Shown here: piece by piece, positions 8,140 through 17,222 of the stretch
Position numbering within the stretch: position 1 is the first letter of the stretch
How the letters are laid out: the number at the start of each line of letters is the position of its first letter
Virus record (IMG/VR): IMGVR_UViG_3300010362_000070
Coordinates: 1 to 31,465 of that record
Reading direction: 5' to 3' (one strand)
DNA from: a virus
Taxonomy: Duplodnaviria; Caudoviricetes
DNA length: 31,465 nt
The notes under the pieces: generated by a model
What the model was told of the DNA's origin: nothing
The model's database searches: none
What the model saw: the letters and a program-made list of their open reading frames with translations, nothing else
Translations under genes and position numbers: made by a program

Positions 8140-9384
8140 ATGAAAATCACGCTGCAGTACTTCGGCCGGTACGTCAGTGCGGAACAGGGCGGCGGCATCG
8201 ATACGCGCGAGCTCGGGGCGCCCATCGCGATGCACGCTGATCGCAGTGAAGCCGGTCCGTGGGAAACGTTCGACCTGCAAGATCTCGGCGAGAACAAGTA
8301 CGCGCTGCGGACCTGTGATGGCTATTACGTCACCGCCGAGAATGGCGGCGGATCGAGTATTCGCACCAATGAGAAGGCAGCTGGCGTTTGGGAAACCTTC
8401 ACGCTCATTAACGGCGTCTTTCTCTGCTGGGATGGTCTTCACGCGCTCGGCGTCATCAACGCGACACTTGACATCACGGCGCAAACGAGTCCGCCGCGCT
8501 TCACGATCACGTCGCTCGAGCCGCCGACGCCGCCATTCCCAGAGCTCGACGTCTGGAAGGGCTCGTTTTGTATTCCCGGCGCGATGGCCGGTGCCCCGTA
8601 TGGCGATGGGCAACGCATCTGGACGCCCGCGTACGGCTGCTACGACGACACCTGGCGCGCGACTATGCGGAAGGCCTACCGCGCTCGAAGCTATACGCAT
8701 TTCGTCTACAACGCGGCCGGCTTGCCGTACGCGAACGATTACCCAGAGCTCACCGACGATCCCGATCGCGTCGCGCGCGATCTCGCCGAGCTCGTCGCCG
8801 ATGGATTGATTCCCGTCGTCTGTGCGACCGACGATCGGGAACCCGACCGCGTGCTCGAGAGTGTTGGCCGCTGCAGCGATCTGATTCCGATTGTGTTTCC
8901 GTGCTGGGAACAAAACGGCCCGCTCGGTAACGACACGAATCGACAAAAGACGCTCATTTGCAACGTGCGCGACGCGGTGCCGGCCGCGCAATGCTGGTTA
9001 CACTTCACGCCGGGACACGGCGCGATCGGGATTCCCGAAGACGAGTGCTGGTTCTGGTGTCAGGAGCAGGGCACGATCGGATTGCTGGCGCAAGGCGGAA
9101 ACAAGATCAGCAATCTCGATCCGGTTTACGAGGGCAAGGGCCTTGAGACAACCGCCGTACGCCTCGCCGGCCTGGTCGGCTATGTCGTGCCCGAGTGGGA
9201 CGGTGGCTCGGTTCCACCATCGTGGGCGGGCTTGCATCAGCGCACGGTGAAGTTCGAGTGGGGGATTTTTGAAAGCTACCATTCGCGTGTCACCGAAGCG
9301 GATCTCTGCGCGTTTACCGATGCGTTCATGCCGTATTGTCCGCACGTCTCCGGCTTCTGCGACGGTGGCACGGTGCACGTATGA
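8140..9384 (+). CDS. Fascin-like (beta-trefoil) domain + putative TIM-barrel glycoside hydrolase
   Basis: Two repeats YVSAEQGGG...GPWETF and YVTAENGGG...GVWETF; Pro linker; alpha/beta domain with WEQN, WLHF and KFE motifs. GAGG RBS. Confidence 0.65.
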   Translation: MKITLQYFGRYVSAEQGGGIDTRELGAPIAMHADRSEAGPWETFDLQDLGENKYALRTCDGYYVTAENGGGSSIRTNEKAAGVWETFTLINGVFLCWDGLHALGVINATLDITAQTSPPRFTITSLEPPTPPFPELDVWKGSFCIPGAMAGAPYGDGQRIWTPAYGCYDDTWRATMRKAYRARSYTHFVYNAAGLPYANDYPELTDDPDRVARDLAELVADGLIPVVCATDDREPDRVLESVGRCSDLIPIVFPCWEQNGPLGNDTNRQKTLICNVRDAVPAAQCWLHFTPGHGAIGIPEDECWFWCQEQGTIGLLAQGGNKISNLDPVYEGKGLETTAVRLAGLVGYVVPEWDGGSVPPSWAGLHQRTVKFEWGIFESYHSRVTEADLCAFTDAFMPYCPHVSGFCDGGTVHV

Positions 9385-9596
9385 CGGACCAGGACGACGA
9401 CGTCGTGATCTGGTCGGTGGAACATCAAGGCTGGTGGCGGCCGAATCGTCTCGGCTATGCCGACACGCTAGCCGGCGCGGGTCGGTACGCGCGCGAAGAC
9501 GCCGATGAAATCGTGGAGGATGCGAACCGGCTGGAGTTCAACGAATGCGCGATTCCGATCCGCGCGCTAAACGGCTGGATTGCCGCGCGCGGCTAA
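9381..9596 (+). CDS. Conserved-looking small phage protein (WS.EH..WW.P...GY....AGRY)
   Basis: ATGA overlap with the upstream gene; aromatic-rich motif. Confidence 0.7.
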   Translation: MTDQDDDVVIWSVEHQGWWRPNRLGYADTLAGAGRYAREDADEIVEDANRLEFNECAIPIRALNGWIAARG

Positions 9597-9602
9597 TCTC
9601 AC

Positions 9603-9851
9603 TCATGGCCTGTTGCCGCCGTTCAGCCGATCACGCAAGGCTCGGATTTCGGTGCCTTGCTCAAGAACCATGCGTTTGAGTTCTTCAACGCTTTCCTCAA
9701 GTTGCGTCTCGTGGTCACCGACGGCACGCAGCAGTTCTCCCAGCACCGCGACCCCAGCTTGATGAGCATGGATGGCCTGCAGGATCGCTTGCTGAAACCG
9801 ATCGTTCGATTCGGCAAACTGTTCGCGGAAAATGTCGTACCGATTCGGCAT
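9603..9851 (-). CDS. Small coiled-coil protein, counter-oriented
   Basis: 82 aa MPNRYDIF...GGNRP with heptad pattern; GGGGA RBS-like sequence and TATACT -10 hexamer upstream (9881-9886, minus strand). Confidence 0.65.
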   Translation of the reverse strand: MPNRYDIFREQFAESNDRFQQAILQAIHAHQAGVAVLGELLRAVGDHETQLEESVEELKRMVLEQGTEIRALRDRLNGGNRP

Positions 9852-9912
9852 TGGGTATCCCCGAGGCGATATGCCGAATAAGTATAACTTGACGATTAGC
9901 AAGGCCTGAACC

Positions 9913-10221
9913 ATGCCGTCTTTACCGCCACGGGTCAGGCCAGCTCGAGGCCGGGGTGCCCCCTGGGCGCGCACGTCCTCACCTCGCATCCGCGGCTACG
10001 CCTTGCAGCAACTGCGTCACCGGCTCTTCGACGAGCAGCCGCTCTGCGTTCACTGCTACATGGTCGGCCGGGTCGAACCGGCGACGATTCGTGATCACAT
10101 CGTCCCGCTCGCTGAAGGTGGACTGGACCTCGAGGCCAACACGCAAGCCCTCTGCGCCGCCTGCCACGATCGCAAGTCGGCCGCCGAGGCCAAGCGGGGA
10201 TCGGCGCGCTCGAAACTGTAA
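9913..10221 (+). CDS. HNH endonuclease (packaging-associated, HK97 gp74-like)
   Basis: PLCVHC...DHIVPLAEGG...NTQALCAACHDRKS, directly upstream of the terminase. Confidence 0.92.
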   Translation: MPSLPPRVRPARGRGAPWARTSSPRIRGYALQQLRHRLFDEQPLCVHCYMVGRVEPATIRDHIVPLAEGGLDLEANTQALCAACHDRKSAAEAKRGSARSKL

Positions 10222-10284
10222 CTGGTTCGAGGATTCCCGTAACTGAACGCGTATGCTAGGCGAAGGCGAAAGTACGAAAACCGA

Positions 10285-10323
10285 GTGCAACTCCGTGCAG
10301 GGGCGGGCACTTCGAGGTTGCAC
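10285..10323. other. Candidate cos (packaging cleavage) site
   Basis: Hyphenated dyad GTGCAAC(10285)/GTTGCAC(10317) and GTGC/GCAC around G-rich centre AGGGGCGG, in the HNH-terL intergenic region. Confidence 0.45.
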
Positions 10324-10439
10324 ACAACTGCACATCCGAAACCGACGGGCAGCATTTCTTCCCAAAAATGCGCGGACTTTGTAGCGCCAATGCGTGCAAG
10401 TCTGCTTTCGCCCTGCAGAATTGTTAGAACTTAGCGGCC

Positions 10440-12266
10440 GTGAAAAAACAGAAGTTGAGTGCGAGCGAGCAACTGCTGAAACGCGTTGTGCGGGTGACGC
10501 AGGAGTATCGCGGTCGGTGGCAACCACGTGCCGGCCGCAAGCCGGCGCGGAGACCGACGGCTCGCAAGACGGTGAAACTGGCGTCGTCGCGGGATTACGT
10601 TGGCATCGCGCGGCAGTACTGCACTGACATTTTGAGCGGGCGGATCGCGGCGTGTCAGTGGGTGAAGCTCGCGTGCGAGCGGCAGGACCGCGACACGATG
10701 CGGGCGATGACCGATCCGAGCTGGCCGTACGTCTGGAGCGACGCGCACGCGATGGAAGCGTGTGCGTTCCTCGAGCGGCTGCCGCACATCGAAGGGAAGT
10801 GGGCGACGGCGACGATCCGGCTTGAGCCGGCGCAGATCTTTCTCGTGTCGACGCTGTTCGGCTGGCGGCATCGCGCGCATGCGGCACGGCGCCGGTTCAC
10901 CCAGCTCTATCTCGAGGTCGGGCGCAAGGCGGCGAAGTCGACGCTGATGGCTGGGCTCGCGTTGTTTCACGTACTACGCGAACACGAACCGGGCGCGGTG
11001 GTCGTCTGCGGCGCGACGACCGGCAGCCAGGCGCGGATCGTGTTCGGGATCGCGCAGCAGATGGTCGGGCGCTCGGCGTGGTTGCGCGATCAAGGCGCCG
11101 ACGCCCTCGCCAACAGCATTCTCACGACCGACGGGACGATCAAGCCGGTCAACGCCAAAGCGTCGACGCAAGATGGCTTAAATCCGTCGTGCATCGTGCT
11201 GGACGAATCGCACGCGCAGAAGTTCGGGCTGCATGACGTGCTGAAGTCGGCGCAGGGCGCGCGGGTGAATCCGCTGATGCTCTGCCCGACGACCGCTGGA
11301 TACGATCTGCTGTCGGTCGGCTATGCGCTGCGGACCGCGGTCACCAAAGTGCTGCAGCAGGTCTTCGACGCCGATCATCTGCTTGGAATCATCTATACGC
11401 TCGACGACGGTGACGACTGGCGCGATGAACGCGTGTGGATCAAAGCCAATCCGCTCATCGGGATTACGCCGACGCTCGACTGGGTCCGGCAGTACTGCCA
11501 GGACGCGCAGCAGACACCGGGTCTTGAGGGCGAGTTCCGCATCAAGGTGTGTTCCGAATGGCTGCAGTCGGCGCGGTCGTGGTTGTCGATGTCGCGCTGG
11601 GATGCGTGCGCGGAGCCGACGCTGCGACTGGGGGACTTTGCCGGCGCTCGCTGCTGGATTGGCGCCGACCTGGCGCAGCTCGATGACCTGGCCGCGGTCG
11701 CGTTGTGTTTCGAGCGTGGCGCCGACATCTGCGCCTTCGTGAAGTTCTACCTGCCGCGGGAAGTCGTCGCGGCGCGGGCGCGCACGGTGCCGGCCTATGC
11801 GGGCTGGGTGCGTGACGGGCTGCTCGAGTTGACCGAAGGCACAATGGTCGACTACGCGAAGATCGAGGCCGACATCCGCGCGTGGTGCCAGCAATTCAAC
11901 GTGGTCGCGCTGCGGTTCGACCAGTTCGGGTCGGCCGGGGTCGTGTCGAATCTGGCGGCGTCGGGCTATGCGGCGGCGATTCTCGACAAGAGCCGGAAAA
12001 ACATCACGCCACCGGCGCGTGAGCTCGAGACGCGCGTGTTACACGGGCGGTTCAAGCATGACGGGAATTCGTGTCTGAAGTGGATGGCGAGTAACACCGT
12101 CGTGACGCGCGGCATCGACGATTCGCTGCTGCCGAAGAAAGAAGGGCCGGAATCACCGAACAAGATCGACGGGATTGATGCCATTTTGCAGGCGATTAGT
12201 GCGATGATAGGGCCCGTCGACAAGCCGAAGGAATATCAGATCCTCGTGCTCGGAGGCGGCCGGTGA
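10440..12266 (+). CDS. terL: Terminase large subunit
   Basis: Walker A GRKAAKST, Walker B IVLDESH, TTAG coupling motif, KANP, GADLA nuclease motif, KIDG. Confidence 0.97.
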   Translation: MKKQKLSASEQLLKRVVRVTQEYRGRWQPRAGRKPARRPTARKTVKLASSRDYVGIARQYCTDILSGRIAACQWVKLACERQDRDTMRAMTDPSWPYVWSDAHAMEACAFLERLPHIEGKWATATIRLEPAQIFLVSTLFGWRHRAHAARRRFTQLYLEVGRKAAKSTLMAGLALFHVLREHEPGAVVVCGATTGSQARIVFGIAQQMVGRSAWLRDQGADALANSILTTDGTIKPVNAKASTQDGLNPSCIVLDESHAQKFGLHDVLKSAQGARVNPLMLCPTTAGYDLLSVGYALRTAVTKVLQQVFDADHLLGIIYTLDDGDDWRDERVWIKANPLIGITPTLDWVRQYCQDAQQTPGLEGEFRIKVCSEWLQSARSWLSMSRWDACAEPTLRLGDFAGARCWIGADLAQLDDLAAVALCFERGADICAFVKFYLPREVVAARARTVPAYAGWVRDGLLELTEGTMVDYAKIEADIRAWCQQFNVVALRFDQFGSAGVVSNLAASGYAAAILDKSRKNITPPARELETRVLHGRFKHDGNSCLKWMASNTVVTRGIDDSLLPKKEGPESPNKIDGIDAILQAISAMIGPVDKPKEYQILVLGGGR

Positions 12267-12526
12267 AGCGTTCCAAGCGAATCCACGCCAACTCGAGACG
12301 TTCGTACCGTCCTGCCGCCGACGAGTTATCCCACGATTGCCTCATGGCCATTGATTGGTTACGCATGGCGATGTCCTTTTTGAGGCCTGTTATTTTTTTG
12401 AAGGACGGTAAACACGTCGTGCGTGTAGCCACGCCTTGGTTAGCCGAACGTGATTTGCTTGATCGCGCGGCTGAGAACATCGCCTTCGCTCAGAAGTGCG
12501 TCCGGAGGCATGCGCACGCCTTATAA
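12263..12526 (+). CDS. Hypothetical protein
   Basis: GTGA overlap with terL stop, GGAGG upstream; more AT-rich codons than neighbours. Confidence 0.5.
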   Translation: MKRSKRIHANSRRSYRPAADELSHDCLMAIDWLRMAMSFLRPVIFLKDGKHVVRVATPWLAERDLLDRAAENIAFAQKCVRRHAHAL

Positions 12527-12585
12527 GTTTTCGGCGTTGCCCGTCGTGCGCATGTCTCAAGTTGACAATGTTTTGCAGAGTGGAG

Positions 12586-12804
12586 ATGAGTAAACGTCGC
12601 GGTCGGCCGCTCATATCGGATGCGCCGGTGACGACGCAGATCCACATTCGTGTGTCTCCAGCGCAACGCCTTGAATTGCGTCGTGTCGCCGATGCAAACG
12701 GTTTGCGGCTCTCAAGCGTGATCCGGGAGGCTGTGAACGAGTACGTCGCCGATTACGGCGAGCGCCTACCATTCCGGCGGCCATTTCGTGCCACAAAAAG
12801 TTAA
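12586..12804 (+). CDS. Ribbon-helix-helix (CopG/Arc-like) DNA-binding protein
   Basis: RRGRP...QIHIRVS....ELRRVA...GLRLSSVIREAV pattern. Confidence 0.75.
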   Translation: MSKRRGRPLISDAPVTTQIHIRVSPAQRLELRRVADANGLRLSSVIREAVNEYVADYGERLPFRRPFRATKS

Positions 12805-12828
12805 GCGATAGCTCATCCTGCGGCGCCA

Positions 12829-14700
12829 ATGGTGCGCCGCGCCTACGGCTTCCTGCACGTCAAAGCGGTCGACGACGAGCAGCGCGTGATCCGCGGCACG
12901 GCCTCGACGCCGGAGCCCGATCGCATGGGCGACGTGATCGAGCCGCTCGGGATCACGTTCAAGAATCCTGTTCCCTTGCTGCTGTACCACGACACGCGCA
13001 AGCCGGTCGGCCAGGTCAAGTTCAAGAAGCCGAGCGCCGAAGGCCTCGACTTTGAGGCGACACTCCCGCAGCTCGCGGAGCCCGGTACGGTGCGCGATCG
13101 CATCGAGGAGGCCTGGCAGTCGATCAAGGCGGGGCTGCTGGCCGGCGTGTCGATTGGCTTCCGGTCGATCGAGGAAGCGTTCAACAAGGAAACCGGCGGG
13201 TTCCGATTCCTGAAATCCGAAGTGCTTGAGCTCTCCCTGGTCGCGATTCCGGCGAATGCCGACGCGACGATCACATCCATCAAAGCGCTGGATCTCGCCA
13301 GCCAGCCGCCGGCGGTTCTGCCCGTCGTATGTGCCACGGCGCAGCAAAGGAAAAAAGCTATGACCATCGCCGAGCAAATCACGAGTTTTGAGACCACGCG
13401 CGCGGCCAAAGCGGCGCGGCTCAACGCCATCATGGCGACGGCCGCGGAGAAGAACATCACGCTCGACGAGGGCGAGACTAAGGAATACGACGAGCTTGAG
13501 AGCGAGGTCGCTGCGGTCGACGCGCATCTCGTCCGACTCCGTGCGCTCGAGAAGTCGAATGCTGCGGCAGCCGTGCCTGTCATCAAGGCGACGGAGACCA
13601 AAGCTGCGAGTGAGTCGCGCGGGGGCACGCCGATTATCTCGGTCAAAGCCAATGTCACGAAGGGCACGGCCTTTACCCGCTACGTGCAGTCGCTACTGGC
13701 GACGCGCGGCAATTTGATGCTCGCGCAGGAGTATGCGAAGCGCTGGGAGGATTCGACGCCGGAAGTGGCGATGGTGCTCAAGGCGGCCGTTGCCGCCGGC
13801 ACGACGACGGATGCGACGTGGGCCGGCCCACTCGCGCCGCTCAAGCCGTTGGCGACGGAATTTCTTGAGTTGCTGCGGCCGGCGACGATCCTCGGCCGCA
13901 TTCCCGGGTTGCGCCAGGTTCCGTTCAACGTGTCGGTGCCGATTCAGACCGGCGGCGGTACCTACAAGTGGGTCGGGCAGAACGCACCGAAACCCGTGGG
14001 CAAGCTGGCGTTCGGCACGATCACGCTGGCGATCACGAAATGCGCCGGGATCATCGTGATCACCGACGAGCTCGCGCGGAACTCGACGCCGTCGGCGGAA
14101 GCCGTGATTCGCGCGGACATGATCAACGGCATCGCGGCGTTCCTCGATGTCGAATTCACTGATCCGAGCAAGGCCGCGGTCGCCAACGTGTCGCCGGGCA
14201 GCATCACGAACGGCGTCACGCCGATCACGACCGCAGGCACGACGCCGGCGAATGCGCGCACCGACATCCAAGCCCTCATCAACGCCATGACCGCGGCCGG
14301 CATCTCGACGGCCGGCGCGACGCTCATCATGTCGGAGACGAACGCGGCGGCGCTCGGCTCGGCGCTCAATGCCCTCGGGCAACCGTTGTTTGGCGATCTG
14401 ACGGTGAGTGGCGGCACCGCGATGGGGATCAACGTCGTGCCGAGTCAGTCGGCCGGTAACAATGTGATTCTTATTGCGCCGTCGACGGTGCTCTATGCCG
14501 ATGACGGCGGCGTCACGATCGATGTCTCGACGGAAGCATCCGTCGACATGAATGACGCGCCGGCGGCGCCGGATGCGACGACCGTGTTCACGTCGTTCTG
14601 GCAGAACAATCTGGTCGGCCTCCGCGCCGAGCGGTATGTGAACTGGAAACGCGGCCGCACCGGCGGCGTGCAGTACACCGTCGCGACCTACACCGCGTGA
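12829..14700 (+). CDS. Fused HK97-type prohead protease + major capsid protein
   Basis: Protease motifs DRMGD, LLYHD, GVSIGF, ELSLVAIPAN; then delta-domain coiled coil from M at 13360 and a capsid fold ending SFWQNNLVGLRAER. Confidence 0.93.
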   Translation: MVRRAYGFLHVKAVDDEQRVIRGTASTPEPDRMGDVIEPLGITFKNPVPLLLYHDTRKPVGQVKFKKPSAEGLDFEATLPQLAEPGTVRDRIEEAWQSIKAGLLAGVSIGFRSIEEAFNKETGGFRFLKSEVLELSLVAIPANADATITSIKALDLASQPPAVLPVVCATAQQRKKAMTIAEQITSFETTRAAKAARLNAIMATAAEKNITLDEGETKEYDELESEVAAVDAHLVRLRALEKSNAAAAVPVIKATETKAASESRGGTPIISVKANVTKGTAFTRYVQSLLATRGNLMLAQEYAKRWEDSTPEVAMVLKAAVAAGTTTDATWAGPLAPLKPLATEFLELLRPATILGRIPGLRQVPFNVSVPIQTGGGTYKWVGQNAPKPVGKLAFGTITLAITKCAGIIVITDELARNSTPSAEAVIRADMINGIAAFLDVEFTDPSKAAVANVSPGSITNGVTPITTAGTTPANARTDIQALINAMTAAGISTAGATLIMSETNAAALGSALNALGQPLFGDLTVSGGTAMGINVVPSQSAGNNVILIAPSTVLYADDGGVTIDVSTEASVDMNDAPAAPDATTVFTSFWQNNLVGLRAERYVNWKRGRTGGVQYTVATYTA

Positions 14701-14704
14701 TGTC

Positions 14705-14887
14705 ATGGCTGATTTTCCGACGGAACAGGAATTCGGCAGTGTCAGCGTCACGGCGCTGACCTATCACACGATCGATCACACCATCGAACATCCCGAAGGC
14801 GATGTTTACGATGTGACCGACTACAACCTCGCAATGACGCTGGTCGGCTGCGGCTTCGTGATGCTGACCGAAGCACAGCCGAAGTAG
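14705..14887 (+). CDS. Small head-module protein
   Basis: 60 aa between capsid and portal. Confidence 0.65.
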   Translation: MADFPTEQEFGSVSVTALTYHTIDHTIEHPEGDVYDVTDYNLAMTLVGCGFVMLTEAQPK

Positions 14888-14894
14888 CACGCCA

Positions 14895-16283
14895 ATGCGG
14901 ATCTTCGGGTACGTCATCACGATCTCGAAGGGACTGCTGCCGCCACTGACGCCGGTCTCGACGAGCCGTGGCGGCTGGACGACGATCGTGCGCGAACCGT
15001 ATACCGGCGCCTGGCAGTCGAACGTCTCGGTCAGCCCGGATTCCGTCGTCACCAATCCGACCGTGTTCGCGTGCGTGACGCTCATTGCCTCGGACATCGG
15101 CAAGCTGTGCTTGCGTCTCGTCGAGCAGGACGACGATGGCATCTGGACCGAGACCGACAATCCGGCGTTCTCGCCCGTGCTGCGGAAACCCAATCGCTAC
15201 CAGCGGCCGTCGACCTTCGTGCAGCAATGGATGATCTCGAAGCTGCTGCAGGGCAATACCTACGTGCTCAAGCAGCGCGACAACCGCGGCGTCGTGATTG
15301 CGCTCTACATCCTCGATCCGACGCGCGTGCAGCCGCTGGTCGCGCCCGACGGGTCGGTGTACTACCAAGTCAGGCGCGATTGGCTGTCGGAGCTCCCCGA
15401 CGACAGCCTGGCGATTCCGGCGCGCGAGATCATTCATGATCCGATGTGCCCGATCTTTCATCCATTGATTGGCGTCTCCCCGATCTTCGCGTGCGGGTAT
15501 GCGGCGTCGCAGGGGCTGACGATTCAGAAGAACTCGGCGAAGTTTTTCGCCACCGGCTCACAGCCCGGCGGCGTGTTGACGGCGCCCGGATCGATTTCGG
15601 ATCAGACCGCGAAGCGGCTGAAGGACTACTGGGATCAGAACTTCACCGGCGACAACGTCGGCAAAGTCGCCGTGCTCGGCGACGGCTTGAAATACGAAGG
15701 CATGGCGGTCAATGCGGTCGATTCGCAGTTGATCGATCAGCTCAAGTGGACGGATGAGAAGATCTGCAGCGTCTATCACGTGCCGGCGTACATGGTCGGC
15801 GTTGGCGCGGCGCCCGCGTATGCGAACTCGGAGCCGCTGATTCAGCAGTACTACTCGCAGTGCATTCAAAGTCTGCTGGTGAACTTCGAGCAGGCGCTCG
15901 ATGAAGGCCTCGGGCTGACGGCGCCGATCAACGGGACGCAGTACGGCACTGAATTCGACGTCGATGATCTGATCTGGCTCGACAGCGAGACGCGCTCGAA
16001 GGCGGCGCAAGCGGCGTCTGGCACGTTAAGTCCGAACGAGACGCGCGCGAAGTACTACGGCGTCGGGCCGGTCGCCGGCGGCGATTCGTTGTACATGCAA
16101 CAGCAGTACTACTCGCTTGAGGCGCTGGCTGAGCGCGATGCGGATCAGCCGTTCGCGAAAGCCCGGCCGCCAGCGGTCCAGCCACCGGCCGGCGCACCCG
16201 CGATGACCAACGAACTGTCGCCGGGCATCGTGAGCGCACTGGCGCGGCAGTGGTTGAGTGACGCGCTCGCGAGGGTCGCATGA
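14895..16283 (+). CDS. Portal protein (HK97 family)
   Basis: VFACVTLIASDIGKL, KPN.YQ, LLQGNTY, GVSPI, PGGVL, LSPNE.R motifs. Confidence 0.95.
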   Translation: MRIFGYVITISKGLLPPLTPVSTSRGGWTTIVREPYTGAWQSNVSVSPDSVVTNPTVFACVTLIASDIGKLCLRLVEQDDDGIWTETDNPAFSPVLRKPNRYQRPSTFVQQWMISKLLQGNTYVLKQRDNRGVVIALYILDPTRVQPLVAPDGSVYYQVRRDWLSELPDDSLAIPAREIIHDPMCPIFHPLIGVSPIFACGYAASQGLTIQKNSAKFFATGSQPGGVLTAPGSISDQTAKRLKDYWDQNFTGDNVGKVAVLGDGLKYEGMAVNAVDSQLIDQLKWTDEKICSVYHVPAYMVGVGAAPAYANSEPLIQQYYSQCIQSLLVNFEQALDEGLGLTAPINGTQYGTEFDVDDLIWLDSETRSKAAQAASGTLSPNETRAKYYGVGPVAGGDSLYMQQQYYSLEALAERDADQPFAKARPPAVQPPAGAPAMTNELSPGIVSALARQWLSDALARVA

Positions 16284-16507
16284 CCGAAGCCGATCTGCGC
16301 GCGATCATCGATGGCCTCGCGCCGGTGGTCCGGTCCTACGTCCAGAATGCCCTTGAGACCGCCACAACCGAGCTAGGAACGCTTCGGACGCGGGTCGCAG
16401 AGCTTGAAGCCCAGACCGTGATTTTGATCGCGCAGACGCGCACGGCCGAACCTGAGGGCGATCGCCTGAGTCTCGATCTCGAGACCAGCGATGACACGGT
16501 GAACTGA
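16280..16507 (+). CDS. Small coiled-coil head-module protein
   Basis: Coupled to both neighbours (ATGA and TGATG). Confidence 0.65.
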   Translation: MTEADLRAIIDGLAPVVRSYVQNALETATTELGTLRTRVAELEAQTVILIAQTRTAEPEGDRLSLDLETSDDTVN

Positions 16508-16854
16508 TGGCGTTGGTCCGACTGACGCAAGCGCAAGCGCATCTCCGGTTGCCGGTCACGACGGATGCCGACACGAGCAATCCCGATCTCGTGCTCAAAC
16601 TCGCGCACGCCGAAGCGGTGATTCTCGACTACTGCAACGCGACCGAGTACTGGCGCGGCATCACGGCCGCGTGGACGAATGACATGACGGTCCCCAAACA
16701 AGTCCACGCCGCGATTCTGCTGCAACTGAGCGAACTCTGGCGCTTTCGTGGCGATGATCGGCACGACGAAGGGCCGCAACACGAGGCCGGCGTGGATCTG
16801 TCGCCGGTGATTGTCAGTCTACTGCGCCGCACGCGCGATCCGGTGGTCGCATGA
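16507..16854 (+). CDS. Head-tail connector (HK97 gp6-like)
   Basis: LV.L..A..HLR...AE..ILDY...VP..V.AAILL...L...R pattern and position. Confidence 0.88.
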   Translation: MALVRLTQAQAHLRLPVTTDADTSNPDLVLKLAHAEAVILDYCNATEYWRGITAAWTNDMTVPKQVHAAILLQLSELWRFRGDDRHDEGPQHEAGVDLSPVIVSLLRRTRDPVVA

Positions 16855-17222
16855 GTCCGGTCAATATTGCCGCCGGCCTGCGCGACAAGCGGATCCGGTT
16901 GCAGAATCCCGGCCCACCGATTCCCGATGGTGATGGCGGCTTTACCGAAGGCCTTACCGATTTGACGCCGGCTTATGTCGAGGCTTACATCACGCCGGCG
17001 ACGGCACGCGATCTCGAGCGTACGGCGGCCGGCACGGTGATCGCGTCGGCGACGCATTTGATCACGATTCCCTATCACAAGGACGTCACGACCAAAACGG
17101 TGATTACGTTCAACGATCCCGTGCTCGGCCGCGCGCGGACGTTCAATGTGAACGGGCTGCGGAATCCCGACGAGGCAAACATCATCCATGTCCTGATCGC
17201 TGAGGAGTTGTTGACGACATGA
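16851..17222 (+). CDS. Head closure / head-tail adaptor (SPP1 gp16-like)
   Basis: AGLRDKRIRLQ...DGDGG...THLITIPY...NPDE pattern and position. Confidence 0.85.
   Translation: MSPVNIAAGLRDKRIRLQNPGPPIPDGDGGFTEGLTDLTPAYVEAYITPATARDLERTAAGTVIASATHLITIPYHKDVTTKTVITFNDPVLGRARTFNVNGLRNPDEANIIHVLIAEELLTT

Noticed and set aside
10394-10627. 77-aa ORF as small terminase
   Set aside because: No TerS-like features or RBS; it largely overlaps terL out of frame.
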